Positions 24,530 to 32,000 of a stretch of 32,000 nt of DNA are shown piece by piece (position 1 is the first letter of the stretch; every line of letters begins with the position of its first letter). A program made the translations under genes and the position numbers. The notes beneath the pieces are model-generated. The model saw only the letters and a program-made list of their open reading frames with translations, did not search any database and was not told the DNA's origin. Source of the DNA: Candidatus Nanogingivalaceae bacterium (GTDB lineage Bacteria > Patescibacteriota > Saccharimonadia > Saccharimonadales > Saccharimonadaceae); the NCBI GenBank assembly GCA_015257795.3, contig CP072208.2, forward strand, positions 90,001 through 122,000. The letters are read 5' to 3'.

Positions 24530-24793
24530 ATGGCTGGAACTAAAGCTGGTGGCGCAAAAGCGGCCGCAACTAATAAAGCAAAATACGGTAAAGATTTTTA
24601 TTCACGCATTGGACAAAAAGGTGGTAAAAATGGAACAACTGGTGGTTTTGCCGCAAACCATGAACTTGCAAAAATTGCAGGTCGAAAAGGTGGACGTATT
24701 AGTCGTCGTGGACCCGCAACTACCTCAACTTCAACTCCAATTTCAATGATTGATGAATCTGAAGAATCGAAAATTGAAGTTCGAGTAGCTTAA
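24530..24793 (+). CDS. KGG-repeat general stress protein (YciG/GsiB-like)
   Basis: Gly/Lys-rich with repeats GQKGGKNG...GGFAANHELAKIAGRKGG, typical of the stress-induced KGG motif family. An AAAGGAG SD is present. Confidence 0.65.
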   Translation: MAGTKAGGAKAAATNKAKYGKDFYSRIGQKGGKNGTTGGFAANHELAKIAGRKGGRISRRGPATTSTSTPISMIDESEESKIEVRVA

Positions 24794-24801
24794 ATAAAAA
24801 T

Positions 24802-24837
24802 AAATCACGTTTTCGAAAGAGCGTGATTTATTTTTTT
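24802..24837. terminator. bidirectional intrinsic terminator
   Basis: AAATCACG/CGTGATTT stem with TTTCGAAA in the loop, flanked by A- and T-runs. Confidence 0.65.
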
Positions 24838-25280
24838 ATTCTGCGTAAGTTTTTAAACCTAGAATCGTTAACTTGCCAAACAGTACTGCAGGCGGGACAT
24901 TTATAGTTTAAGTCTGTCTGCTGAAAGCCATTTATTTGACAATTTGGACACAAGCTCCTCTTGTGGAGCCAATCTCGGTAAGTGTCAAGTTTTTCTTCGA
25001 TAAAGTTTGAGTCAAAACAAATTCCATATTGAGCTGCGAGTGAGTTTTTTGCGAATTCCCAAGCTTCGGACTCCATTTTTAAAAGCTCAATATCGAGAAA
25101 ATAATTTTCGTGACCAAGAAGTGCGTGTGATAATTCATGCAAAATTAACAGATGAAAATGCGAAGAGTCTGGATCGAAAAAAATAGTATTTTCTTGCTTT
25201 GACCAACGAAAATCGTCGCTTTCTTTAAAATTAAATTGCGGAAAATCTTTGCGTAAAGCTTTAACGAAATCTAGATTCAT
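24828..25280 (-). CDS. ImmA/IrrE-like HExxH zinc metallopeptidase domain with a C-terminal CxxC...CxxC zinc ribbon
   Basis: LILHELSHALLGHE resembles the ImmA/IrrE (DUF955) motif. CPNCQ...CPACS lies at the C-terminus. Confidence 0.45.
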   Translation of the reverse strand: MNLDFVKALRKDFPQFNFKESDDFRWSKQENTIFFDPDSSHFHLLILHELSHALLGHENYFLDIELLKMESEAWEFAKNSLAAQYGICFDSNFIEEKLDTYRDWLHKRSLCPNCQINGFQQTDLNYKCPACSTVWQVNDSRFKNLRRIKK

Positions 25281-25281
25281 A

Positions 25282-26106
25282 CTAAAAGTTTAGAGCCTTT
25301 TTTGCGAATTCAAAACAGCCATAAATCACGGCTTCTCGAGGTTTTTCAGCTTTAATAATTTCTGGGCAGACAATTCCGCTTGGTAGATTTTCGGCTAGAA
25401 TTCGCTTTAAAAATAGATCAAATTTTTCAAAATTTTCGCCCAAGCTACCGCCAACTACAATAACGTCAGGCTGAATTATTGGAATAATCACCAAAAAACC
25501 ACGCGCAACTCTATCGGCGATATGTTTCCAATGTCGTGGATTGGTTATATCTTTGGCGTATTTTCCGTAAACGTTGAAAATTGCCCGTGCGCTCGCAAAA
25601 TCTTCCCATTCTCGAATTCGGCCATCAAATTCAATTGGAATTCGGCCAATCTCACTATTTTTTAAGCCGTGATTAATTTTTCCATCTGTAATTATACCCG
25701 AACCAATGCCAGTTGAAAGTGTTACGTAAAGAATATTTTGGGCTTTATTTTTGAATTTTTTACTTTCGAAAAGACCCGCAAGATTGGCATCATTTTCAAC
25801 TAGAATTTTAGGCTCCGGAAAGATTTTCGAAAGCTCATCTTTGATTTTAAAGTTTGTCCAGCCTAAATTTTTTGCCCATGCGATAGTTTCATTTTGAATA
25901 ATTCCTGGTTCAGCGCAAGAAATTGCCTCAATTTGGCTATTTCTTAATTCTTTCGAAAACTCTTTTTTGATAATTTTTTCGATAATTTCAAGGTATTTTG
26001 ATTTCGATTTTGGTGTTTCAAATTCGAAAGACTTTAAAACTTTTCCTTCTTTCGAAAATCCTGCTAATAAAGTTTTTGTTCCACCCGTATCTATCGCAAT
26101 AATCAT
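25282..26106 (-). CDS. ROK-family sugar kinase (probable glucokinase)
   Basis: IIAIDTGGTKT N-terminal ATP motif, ENDANLAGL, and GIGSGII. Confidence 0.75.
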   Translation of the reverse strand: MIIAIDTGGTKTLLAGFSKEGKVLKSFEFETPKSKSKYLEIIEKIIKKEFSKELRNSQIEAISCAEPGIIQNETIAWAKNLGWTNFKIKDELSKIFPEPKILVENDANLAGLFESKKFKNKAQNILYVTLSTGIGSGIITDGKINHGLKNSEIGRIPIEFDGRIREWEDFASARAIFNVYGKYAKDITNPRHWKHIADRVARGFLVIIPIIQPDVIVVGGSLGENFEKFDLFLKRILAENLPSGIVCPEIIKAEKPREAVIYGCFEFAKKALNF

Positions 26107-26167
26107 AATTCTATTTTACGATGAAAGAGTCAAAAATTCAACCTTCGAAAAACTCTAAAACTAAAAC

Positions 26168-26202
26168 TTGACAAAACTGTTCGGGGGGGGGGGGGGTATA
26201 AT
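26168..26202 (+). promoter_or_regulatory. TTGACA / TATAAT promoter whose spacer contains a G14 tract (23-nt spacer as sequenced)
   Basis: TTGACA 26168-26173, G14 26183-26196 and TATAAT 26197-26202. Confidence 0.55.
26183..26196. repeat. homopolymeric G14 tract
   Basis: Counted directly. It is the only long G/C homopolymer in this AT-rich window. Confidence 0.95.
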
Positions 26203-26239
26203 TAGAGCGTAATTTTTTAATATTTTTTTAAGGAGAAAT

Positions 26240-26791
26240 GTGAATAATTTCAACTCATTTAACACTCAGCCGAAATGTTTAGAGAAAGAAGTAGATAAAT
26301 TCGGTAATTTAACATATGACAAAACGGGAACGAACCTTGATAATCTTGTTGACGATCTTAGACACGGCTATAGGGAAAGAAGTTTTGTTGCTACAGCTGA
26401 TGCATATAAAGATACTTTATTTCAAAGGCTTGTTGGTGCAGGAAATTACGTTGCAAATACGGGGCAAGAACCAATTTCATCTGTGCTAAAAATGGATAAC
26501 GGCAATTATATTGTTACTCATGCTGGCTTTATGGGATTGGTTAAAACTAACAAAGAAGGTAAAGCACAGCTAGAAGATCTTATTGATATGAACGATAAGG
26601 ATGAAGATTTCAATCCATACAAAGGTCTTACTATCGGCCAACCAACTGATAGAGGAAATACTCCTGTAGCGCTAACAATTCTTAATAGGGGAAATAGAGG
26701 TGTTCAAGATTCACACGATAATACGGATTATCTGGAGTTTAGAAAAGGCTTGAGTCGGCAAATTATAGACTACTACGAAAATATGAAATAA
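26240..26791 (+). CDS. orphan 183-aa protein (hypothetical), GTG start
   Basis: The ORF is open from 26213, with an AAGGAG SD at 26230-26235 and GTG at 26240. There is no signal peptide or TM helix, and no family was recognised. Confidence 0.5.
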   Translation: MNNFNSFNTQPKCLEKEVDKFGNLTYDKTGTNLDNLVDDLRHGYRERSFVATADAYKDTLFQRLVGAGNYVANTGQEPISSVLKMDNGNYIVTHAGFMGLVKTNKEGKAQLEDLIDMNDKDEDFNPYKGLTIGQPTDRGNTPVALTILNRGNRGVQDSHDNTDYLEFRKGLSRQIIDYYENMK

Positions 26792-26806
26792 ACTATACAT
26801 CAAAAA

Positions 26807-26835
26807 ATAACCTTCAAAAACGAGGGTTATTTTTA
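26807..26835 (+). terminator. intrinsic terminator
   Basis: ATAACCTTC/GAGGGTTAT 9-bp stem followed by a T-run. Confidence 0.65.
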
Positions 26836-26845
26836 GTTTTAATGC

Positions 26846-26874
26846 TTGAAAAATCTTTAAAAATCTGTTAAAAT
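26846..26874 (+). promoter_or_regulatory. rpsA promoter TTGAAA-17 nt-TAAAAT with TGn
   Basis: Read directly. Confidence 0.55.
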
Positions 26875-26949
26875 GGTAGCAATCTATTGGGCAGGTTAAT
26901 TTTAGCTATGTTCAAAGAAATACAATTAAGGAAGGAGTCTTAAAGACTA

Positions 26950-28017
26950 ATGGCTGAAGCCAAAAAACTAACTATGGACGAATTGTTGGCGTCTGCTCCA
27001 GAGAGCGTAAACCAACTAAACCAAGGCGAAACTGTTGAAGGTAAAATTCTTTCAGTTCGCAAGCACGAAATCTTGATTGACTTGGGTGCTAAAGGTGTTG
27101 GATTTGTTCCTCGCCGAGAAGCTGGTCATTCAAAAAATCTTGTTGAAGGTGAAACAGTAACAGCAAGCGTTGTTGATACAGAAATGGACAACGGAATGTC
27201 ACTACTTTCTCTTCGAAAAGCTGCGAAAGATCGCGGTTGGGAAGAAATTATTGCAAAAATGGAAAACGGTGAAACTATCGAAATCGTTCCATTTGACGCT
27301 AACCGAGGTGGCTTGCTTGTTGAATACGAAGGAATCCGCGGATTCTTGCCTGTATCACAACTTTCAGCAGAACACTACCCACGAGTTGGTGCAAGCGACA
27401 AAGATGAGATTTTGAGCCGATTGAATGTTCTTATCGATAAACCAATCAGCGTTCGAATCCTTGACGCAGATCGCAAAACTAACAAGTTAATCTTTAGCGA
27501 AAAAGAAGCTATCAAAGATGGTTTGAACGAACGATTTGATAGCCTAAAAATTGGCGACGTAGTTGAAGGTGTTGCTACTGGTGTTGTTGATTTTGGTGTT
27601 TTCGTAAATATTGAAGGAATTGAAGGTTTGGTGCACATTTCTGAAATTTCCTGGGAACGCGTAAACAATCCAAAAGATTACGTTAAAGTTGGTGACACTA
27701 TCAAAGCTAAAATCATCGCTATTGATAAAGATCGCTTAAGCCTTTCAATGAAACAACTAACTGAAGACCCATGGCTTTCAGAAGTTGAGCAATTCAAAAA
27801 AGGTTCGAAAGTTGAAGGAACTGTAACTCGAATTACGCCTTTCGGCGCTTTCGTAAAAATTAGCCCAGCGATTGAAGCGCTTGTTCACGTTTCAGAACTT
27901 GGCAAAGGCAACGATGTTAACCCAGAAAATATCTTTACTCTAAACGAGCGAAAAGAATTTGTAGTTATTGACATCGACAAAGAAAATCGAAAAATTTCTC
28001 TTAGCCTTGTAAAATAA
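26950..28017 (+). CDS. rpsA: 30S ribosomal protein S1 (short, four S1 domains)
   Basis: Four repeats of the G..V.G.V......G.FV......G..H.SE pattern over 355 aa. Confidence 0.85.
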   Translation: MAEAKKLTMDELLASAPESVNQLNQGETVEGKILSVRKHEILIDLGAKGVGFVPRREAGHSKNLVEGETVTASVVDTEMDNGMSLLSLRKAAKDRGWEEIIAKMENGETIEIVPFDANRGGLLVEYEGIRGFLPVSQLSAEHYPRVGASDKDEILSRLNVLIDKPISVRILDADRKTNKLIFSEKEAIKDGLNERFDSLKIGDVVEGVATGVVDFGVFVNIEGIEGLVHISEISWERVNNPKDYVKVGDTIKAKIIAIDKDRLSLSMKQLTEDPWLSEVEQFKKGSKVEGTVTRITPFGAFVKISPAIEALVHVSELGKGNDVNPENIFTLNERKEFVVIDIDKENRKISLSLVK

Positions 28018-28018
28018 T

Positions 28019-28083
28019 TTAAGCATTCTTGCGTTGAACAGTCGGAAATCGGTTTCGAAATCGGTTTCCGAACTTCAGCTTAA
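28019..28083 (+). other. extended palindromic structure between rpsA and infB
   Basis: A 28-nt near-perfect palindrome (28043-28070) is built from a perfect tandem duplication of GAAATCGGTTTC (28045-28056 and 28057-28068). It is closed by an outer TTAAGC/GCTTAA stem. Confidence 0.6.
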
Positions 28084-28109
28084 GAAAATAAAAAACCAAA
28101 GGAGGTTGT

Positions 28110-29897
28110 ATGAGTCAGAAGAAAATTGTAAATATCACAGATTCGATTACTGTTGATGAGTTGGCTGGGGCCTTAAATCTTTCTGTTACAACTTTAATTG
28201 GCGAACTTTTTAAAAACGGAATTGTTGCGACGATTAATCAGCGAATAGATTTCGAAACGGCGGTAATTGTTGTTGAAGAGCTTGGGCTAAAAGATGTTGA
28301 GCTTAAAAAGAAAGCTAAAGCAGATGAAGTGACTTCTCGCTTAAATAAATTGCATGAAGTGTCAGAGAATGCGAAACCTCGCCCACCAATTGTTGCAGTT
28401 ATGGGTCACGTTGACCACGGAAAAACAACGTTGCTTGATACGATTCTTGGAACGAAAACGGTTTCGGGTGAAGCTGGTGGAATCACTCAACATATTTCAG
28501 CCTATCAAACCGAAAGAAAAGGCCGAAAAATTACACTTCTTGATACGCCGGGTCATGAAGCTTTTGCGGCTCTTCGTCAACACGGAGCAACCCTAACAGA
28601 TGTTGTTATTATCGTTGTTGCGGCCGATGATGGTGTTAAGCCTCAAACTGTTGAAGCAATTCGCTTTGCGCAAAATGCCAATGCAAAAATCGTTGTTGCA
28701 ATTAATAAAATGGATAAAGACACAGCAAATAAAGATCGTGTCATGGCTGAACTTTCAGAACGCGGCTTGATGCCAGAAGAGTGGGGTGGCGATGTAACAA
28801 TGGTGCCGATTTCTGCCAAAACTGGCGAAGGTATCGATAATCTTCTTGATATGGTGATTTTAACAGCTGATCTAGAAGAGTTGCGCGCTGATGTGGATAT
28901 TCCTGCTGAAGGCTTGGTTATTGAGTCGCACATGGAAGTTGGAAAAGGCTCTGTTGTTTCGCTTCTTGTCGAACAAGGTGATCTAAAACAGGGTGGATTC
29001 TTGGTTGCTGGAACAACTTATGCGAAAGTTCGAACACTTCAAGATTACAAAGGTGATGCACTCAAAATTGCTGGTCCTTCAACACCTGCAACGGTAACGG
29101 GCTTTAAAGAGTTGCCTCAATTCGGTGATGTCTTCAAAGTAGTTAAAAGCGAAAAAATTGCGCGACATCTTGCACAAAAAGCTAAAATCGAAGCTGCTCA
29201 AAATGCGGCAACAGCCAATGTTACAGGTGCGGATTTGCTAAAAATGATGAACCAAAAACATGACGCAGAAGATTTTAACATTGTTATTAAGGCTGACGTT
29301 CAAGGTTCACTAACATCTGTTTCAGATAGCCTCAGGTTGATTGAAACTGGCGGTGAAGTTAACTTAAATATTATTAGTAGCGGAATCGGTAATATCACTG
29401 AAAACGATATCCATTTGGCGGCCGCTGGTGAAAAAACAATTATTTATGGCTTTAACGTTGAGCTTTCACCGGCGATCAAAAAAATTGCGACACGCGATCG
29501 TGTTGAAGTTCGAATCTATAAAGTTATCTATGAACTTCTTGACGACGCGCGCGCAGAAATGGAAAAACTTCTTGCGCCAGAAGTTGTTGAAACCGAGGTT
29601 GGTTCATTGGATGTGAAAGGTGTTTTCCGCACAATGAAAGAAGAAATCATTGCTGGTGGAGAAGTAAAATCTGGTCGCGTTTATGCTGGTTTGCTCGCTC
29701 GCGTAATTCGAAAGAAAGAGCAAATTGCTGAGGTTGAAGTTTCGCACGTTCAACGTCAACAACAAGAGGCAAAAGATGTTATTGAAGGTGAAATGTGTGG
29801 ACTTTCGCTCAAGACTAAAAAGAAAATTCAGCTAGAAGTTGGCGACAAACTTGAATTCTTTACACGTGAAGTTGTTGCTCGCAAGCTAAAGGGTTAA
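28110..29897 (+). CDS. infB: translation initiation factor IF-2 (short N-terminus)
   Basis: RPPIVAVMGHVDHGKTTLLD, DTPGH and NKMD GTPase motifs. An AAAGGAGG SD is present. Confidence 0.95.
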   Translation: MSQKKIVNITDSITVDELAGALNLSVTTLIGELFKNGIVATINQRIDFETAVIVVEELGLKDVELKKKAKADEVTSRLNKLHEVSENAKPRPPIVAVMGHVDHGKTTLLDTILGTKTVSGEAGGITQHISAYQTERKGRKITLLDTPGHEAFAALRQHGATLTDVVIIVVAADDGVKPQTVEAIRFAQNANAKIVVAINKMDKDTANKDRVMAELSERGLMPEEWGGDVTMVPISAKTGEGIDNLLDMVILTADLEELRADVDIPAEGLVIESHMEVGKGSVVSLLVEQGDLKQGGFLVAGTTYAKVRTLQDYKGDALKIAGPSTPATVTGFKELPQFGDVFKVVKSEKIARHLAQKAKIEAAQNAATANVTGADLLKMMNQKHDAEDFNIVIKADVQGSLTSVSDSLRLIETGGEVNLNIISSGIGNITENDIHLAAAGEKTIIYGFNVELSPAIKKIATRDRVEVRIYKVIYELLDDARAEMEKLLAPEVVETEVGSLDVKGVFRTMKEEIIAGGEVKSGRVYAGLLARVIRKKEQIAEVEVSHVQRQQQEAKDVIEGEMCGLSLKTKKKIQLEVGDKLEFFTREVVARKLKG

Positions 29898-29910
29898 TCT
29901 TTAAAATAAA

Positions 29911-29936
29911 AGGCGGTAATTTTACCGTTTTTTATT
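29911..29936 (+). terminator. intrinsic terminator after infB
   Basis: GGCGGTA-ATTT-TACCGTT hairpin followed by a T-run. Confidence 0.6.
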
Positions 29937-29942
29937 TAATTA

Positions 29943-29971
29943 TTGAAAAAACATTACGCTTGTGCTAAAAT
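29943..29971 (+). promoter_or_regulatory. promoter TTGAAA-17 nt-TAAAAT with TGn
   Basis: Read directly. Confidence 0.5.
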
Positions 29972-29997
29972 ATAGATAATTAAGTAAAGGAAAGAGA

Positions 29998-30411
29998 ATG
30001 TTTCAATTAGACGATAAATTTTTTGAAGGAATTGGCATTGAACGAATGTCGCCAGAAGAAGCAGCGGTGTTTAAGCAACACGTTCAAGAAGAACTCGAAG
30101 CTCGAATCGGTGAACGGATTATGGATGGTTTTTCAAGTGAAAAACTTGAAGAATTTGAACAAATTATGGATGATGCTCCAGGGTTCGTTGACAATTGGCT
30201 AAGACTAAACGTTCCAGACTTTCGAAATGACAAGACTTTTGCAGCGTTAGTTCAAAACAACAATGGTCAAGAGACTCGTCAAGTTATATCTGAATTTGCC
30301 TCATTGAAGTGGCTTGAAATTAACCGCCCAGATTTCAATCAAATCAGTATGCTTGTAATTAAAGAAATGCAAGACGAACTTAAAGCAAATATCGATAAAA
30401 TTTTTAGCTAA
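29998..30411 (+). CDS. acidic helical hypothetical protein
   Basis: A 137-aa ORF with an AAGGAAAGAG SD. It may belong to a Patescibacteria-restricted DUF, but I cannot verify that. Confidence 0.5.
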   Translation: MFQLDDKFFEGIGIERMSPEEAAVFKQHVQEELEARIGERIMDGFSSEKLEEFEQIMDDAPGFVDNWLRLNVPDFRNDKTFAALVQNNNGQETRQVISEFASLKWLEINRPDFNQISMLVIKEMQDELKANIDKIFS

Positions 30412-30416
30412 AATAT

Positions 30417-30446
30417 AAAACCGCGCAGAAGAGCGTGGTTTTATTT
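30417..30446. terminator. bidirectional terminator
   Basis: AACCGCGC/GCGTGGTT stem with flanking A/T runs. Confidence 0.55.
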
Positions 30447-31328
30447 TAGATAGCCGTTTTCAAAGCTTTTAGCAGCGGTTTCTTTACCGTTTGGTGTGAT
30501 TAGTCTTTCAATCTTTAAAAACGTTCCTTCGGCGAATTTTAACGTTAAAGGCGAATTTTCAGGGTTAGAACTAACTACTTTTGCGCTTTTAACGATTATT
30601 AAATGCTCACCGAGCTTAATTTTACTTTTTGGAAAAATTTCGAAAGCACGAATTTGCTGTTCGGCTTGCTCTGCAGTTTGCTCATCTTGAGAAAGAAGGG
30701 CGTCACTTTTTTTAAGAAGTTGGCAATATTCAGCTTGCGAATCATCTTGTTTTAGTCCTTTAATTTCACCAGAGATAATTTTTGGTAAATCCCGCACAAG
30801 CATTTCGGCGCCGATTTCACCACAAGTTTTATAAAGATCGCTTGCGGTTTCGGTTTTCAAAAGCTCAATTTCTTCTTGTGAATAAACATCGCCTGCATCC
30901 ATTTCTTTCGAAAGTTTCATTAGTGAAACGCCAGTTTTTTCATCACCGTTTAAAATTGCGCTTTCAATTGGGCTTGAACCGCGATATTTAGGCAAAAGTG
31001 AAGGGTGAACATTCACAATAGCGGGTGTGAATAAATCGATGATTTCTTGCGGAATAATCCGACCAAAAGAAACCAAAACTCCCGCAGGTTTTTCGAATTT
31101 TTTAACGAAGTCGGTAATTTCTGACATTTTTTGCGGTTGAAGTACTGGAATATTAAACTTTTCACCAATTTGCTTCACTTTTGGCGCTTGAAACTTTTGC
31201 CCGCGACCTTTTCGAGAGTCGGGTTTGGTGATAATTCCGGCAATTTCGAAGCCTTCATCAATAAGTTTTTGGAGTGAAACGGCCGAAAAATCTTCCGTTC
31301 CAAAAAAGATTATTGGAGTTTTTTTCAA
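30441..31328 (-). CDS. fmt: methionyl-tRNA formyltransferase, probable TTG start
   Basis: KKTPIIFFGTEDFS..., NVHPSLLPKYRGSSPI. GGGAGGA inside the def 3' end lies 9 nt upstream of TTG 31328. The ORF-track GTG at 31346 would overlap def. Confidence 0.88.
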   Translation of the reverse strand: MKKTPIIFFGTEDFSAVSLQKLIDEGFEIAGIITKPDSRKGRGQKFQAPKVKQIGEKFNIPVLQPQKMSEITDFVKKFEKPAGVLVSFGRIIPQEIIDLFTPAIVNVHPSLLPKYRGSSPIESAILNGDEKTGVSLMKLSKEMDAGDVYSQEEIELLKTETASDLYKTCGEIGAEMLVRDLPKIISGEIKGLKQDDSQAEYCQLLKKSDALLSQDEQTAEQAEQQIRAFEIFPKSKIKLGEHLIIVKSAKVVSSNPENSPLTLKFAEGTFLKIERLITPNGKETAAKSFENGYLK

Positions 31329-31330
31329 GA

Positions 31331-31912
31331 TTATAAATCCTCCCACAGATCAGAGTTGTTTTCGATATCTTTTTCGTAGTTTAATGGTTGTAATTCGCCA
31401 TCTTCGTCAAGTTGGTAGAAAGCGTCTTTTTTATCGCGAATATGATCAATGAAAAGAACGCCATTTGTGTGGTCGATTTCATGTTGAAGCACACGCGCAA
31501 GAAAATCTTCGGCTTTAATTCGAACTTCGTTGCCGTGAATATCAAGCGCTTTAACGCGAACTTTTGATGCGCGAGGAACTTTGCCGTAAATTCCTTTAAT
31601 CGAAAGACATCCTTCAAAATCAACATCTGTTTTTCCTTCGAATTTTGTAATTTCAGGATTGATTAAAGCGGTAAATTCTTTATTATTTTTATCGTCCAAA
31701 TCACTTCGAACAATAATAATTTTATAAAGTTTGTTAATTTGCGGTGCAGCAATTGCGGCCGAAATTTCGTGCGGGTGAGCATTTTCCCAGTCAAGGCTAG
31801 CATCAATCATATCTTGCACAATTTGGCGAACTTCATCTGTGATAACATGCACACGTTCGCATTTTTTGCGCAAATTTTGGTTAGGTAAGGTTATAATATC
31901 TTCTTTTTTCAT
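31331..31912 (-). CDS. def: peptide deformylase
   Basis: EGCLSIKG and HEIDHTNG metal-binding motifs. Confidence 0.93.
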   Translation of the reverse strand: MKKEDIITLPNQNLRKKCERVHVITDEVRQIVQDMIDASLDWENAHPHEISAAIAAPQINKLYKIIIVRSDLDDKNNKEFTALINPEITKFEGKTDVDFEGCLSIKGIYGKVPRASKVRVKALDIHGNEVRIKAEDFLARVLQHEIDHTNGVLFIDHIRDKKDAFYQLDEDGELQPLNYEKDIENNSDLWEDL

Positions 31913-31919
31913 TGTTTTT

Positions 31920-31928
31920 ATTATACCA
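31920..31928 (-). promoter_or_regulatory. extended -10 TGGTATAAT, 7 nt upstream of the def ATG
   Basis: The minus strand reads TGGTATAAT-AAAAACA-ATG, with no SD. Confidence 0.5.
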
Positions 31929-32000
31929 TTTTTAGGGTAAAAAAGCTACAAGATCATTGATTTCTAGGTTTGATTATGGTAAAATCTAATACTCGAAGAA

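Overview
This window looks like core chromosome from a small, AT-rich CPR/Patescibacteria genome, most likely Saccharibacteria (TM7). The 16S contains ACTGGGCGTAAAGAGTTGC (18232-18250), which matches the TM7-specific 580F primer as I recall it. It also has U at E. coli position 912 and GGTCATAC in place of GGTAATAC in the 515-533 region. Most content is housekeeping: miaA (partial), rpmB, an M50 protease, RNase P RNA, infC-rpmI-rplT, comM, tmRNA, gyrB-gyrA, a full rRNA locus (16S, tRNA-Ala, tRNA-Ile, 23S, 5S), a ROK kinase, rpsA, infB and def-fmt. I see no CRISPR array, transposase, integrase or recognisable defence operon. The parts that standard annotation does not explain are listed here. 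(1) A G14 homopolymer sits inside the spacer of a TTGACA/TATAAT promoter upstream of an orphan 183-aa gene, which suggests a phase-variation switch. (2) The palindrome TTTCGAAA is strongly over-represented and concentrated at intergenic hairpin apices. (3) An unassigned, well-folded ~140-nt RNA with its own promoter lies just upstream of rnpB. (4) A membrane-anchored VirD4/TraD-like ATPase is embedded among small orphan or membrane proteins. (5) A very AT-rich orphan ORF next to the 5S gene carries a weak HG[ST]...ILxxGL motif. (6) A recurring arrangement of an extended -10 box followed 6-9 nt later by ATG suggests frequent leaderless mRNAs. (7) The rRNA locus is broken up by internal promoters and terminators and has the ITS tRNAs in the reverse of the usual order. 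All functional calls rest on reading the translated ORFs and on motif recall. No database searches were run.
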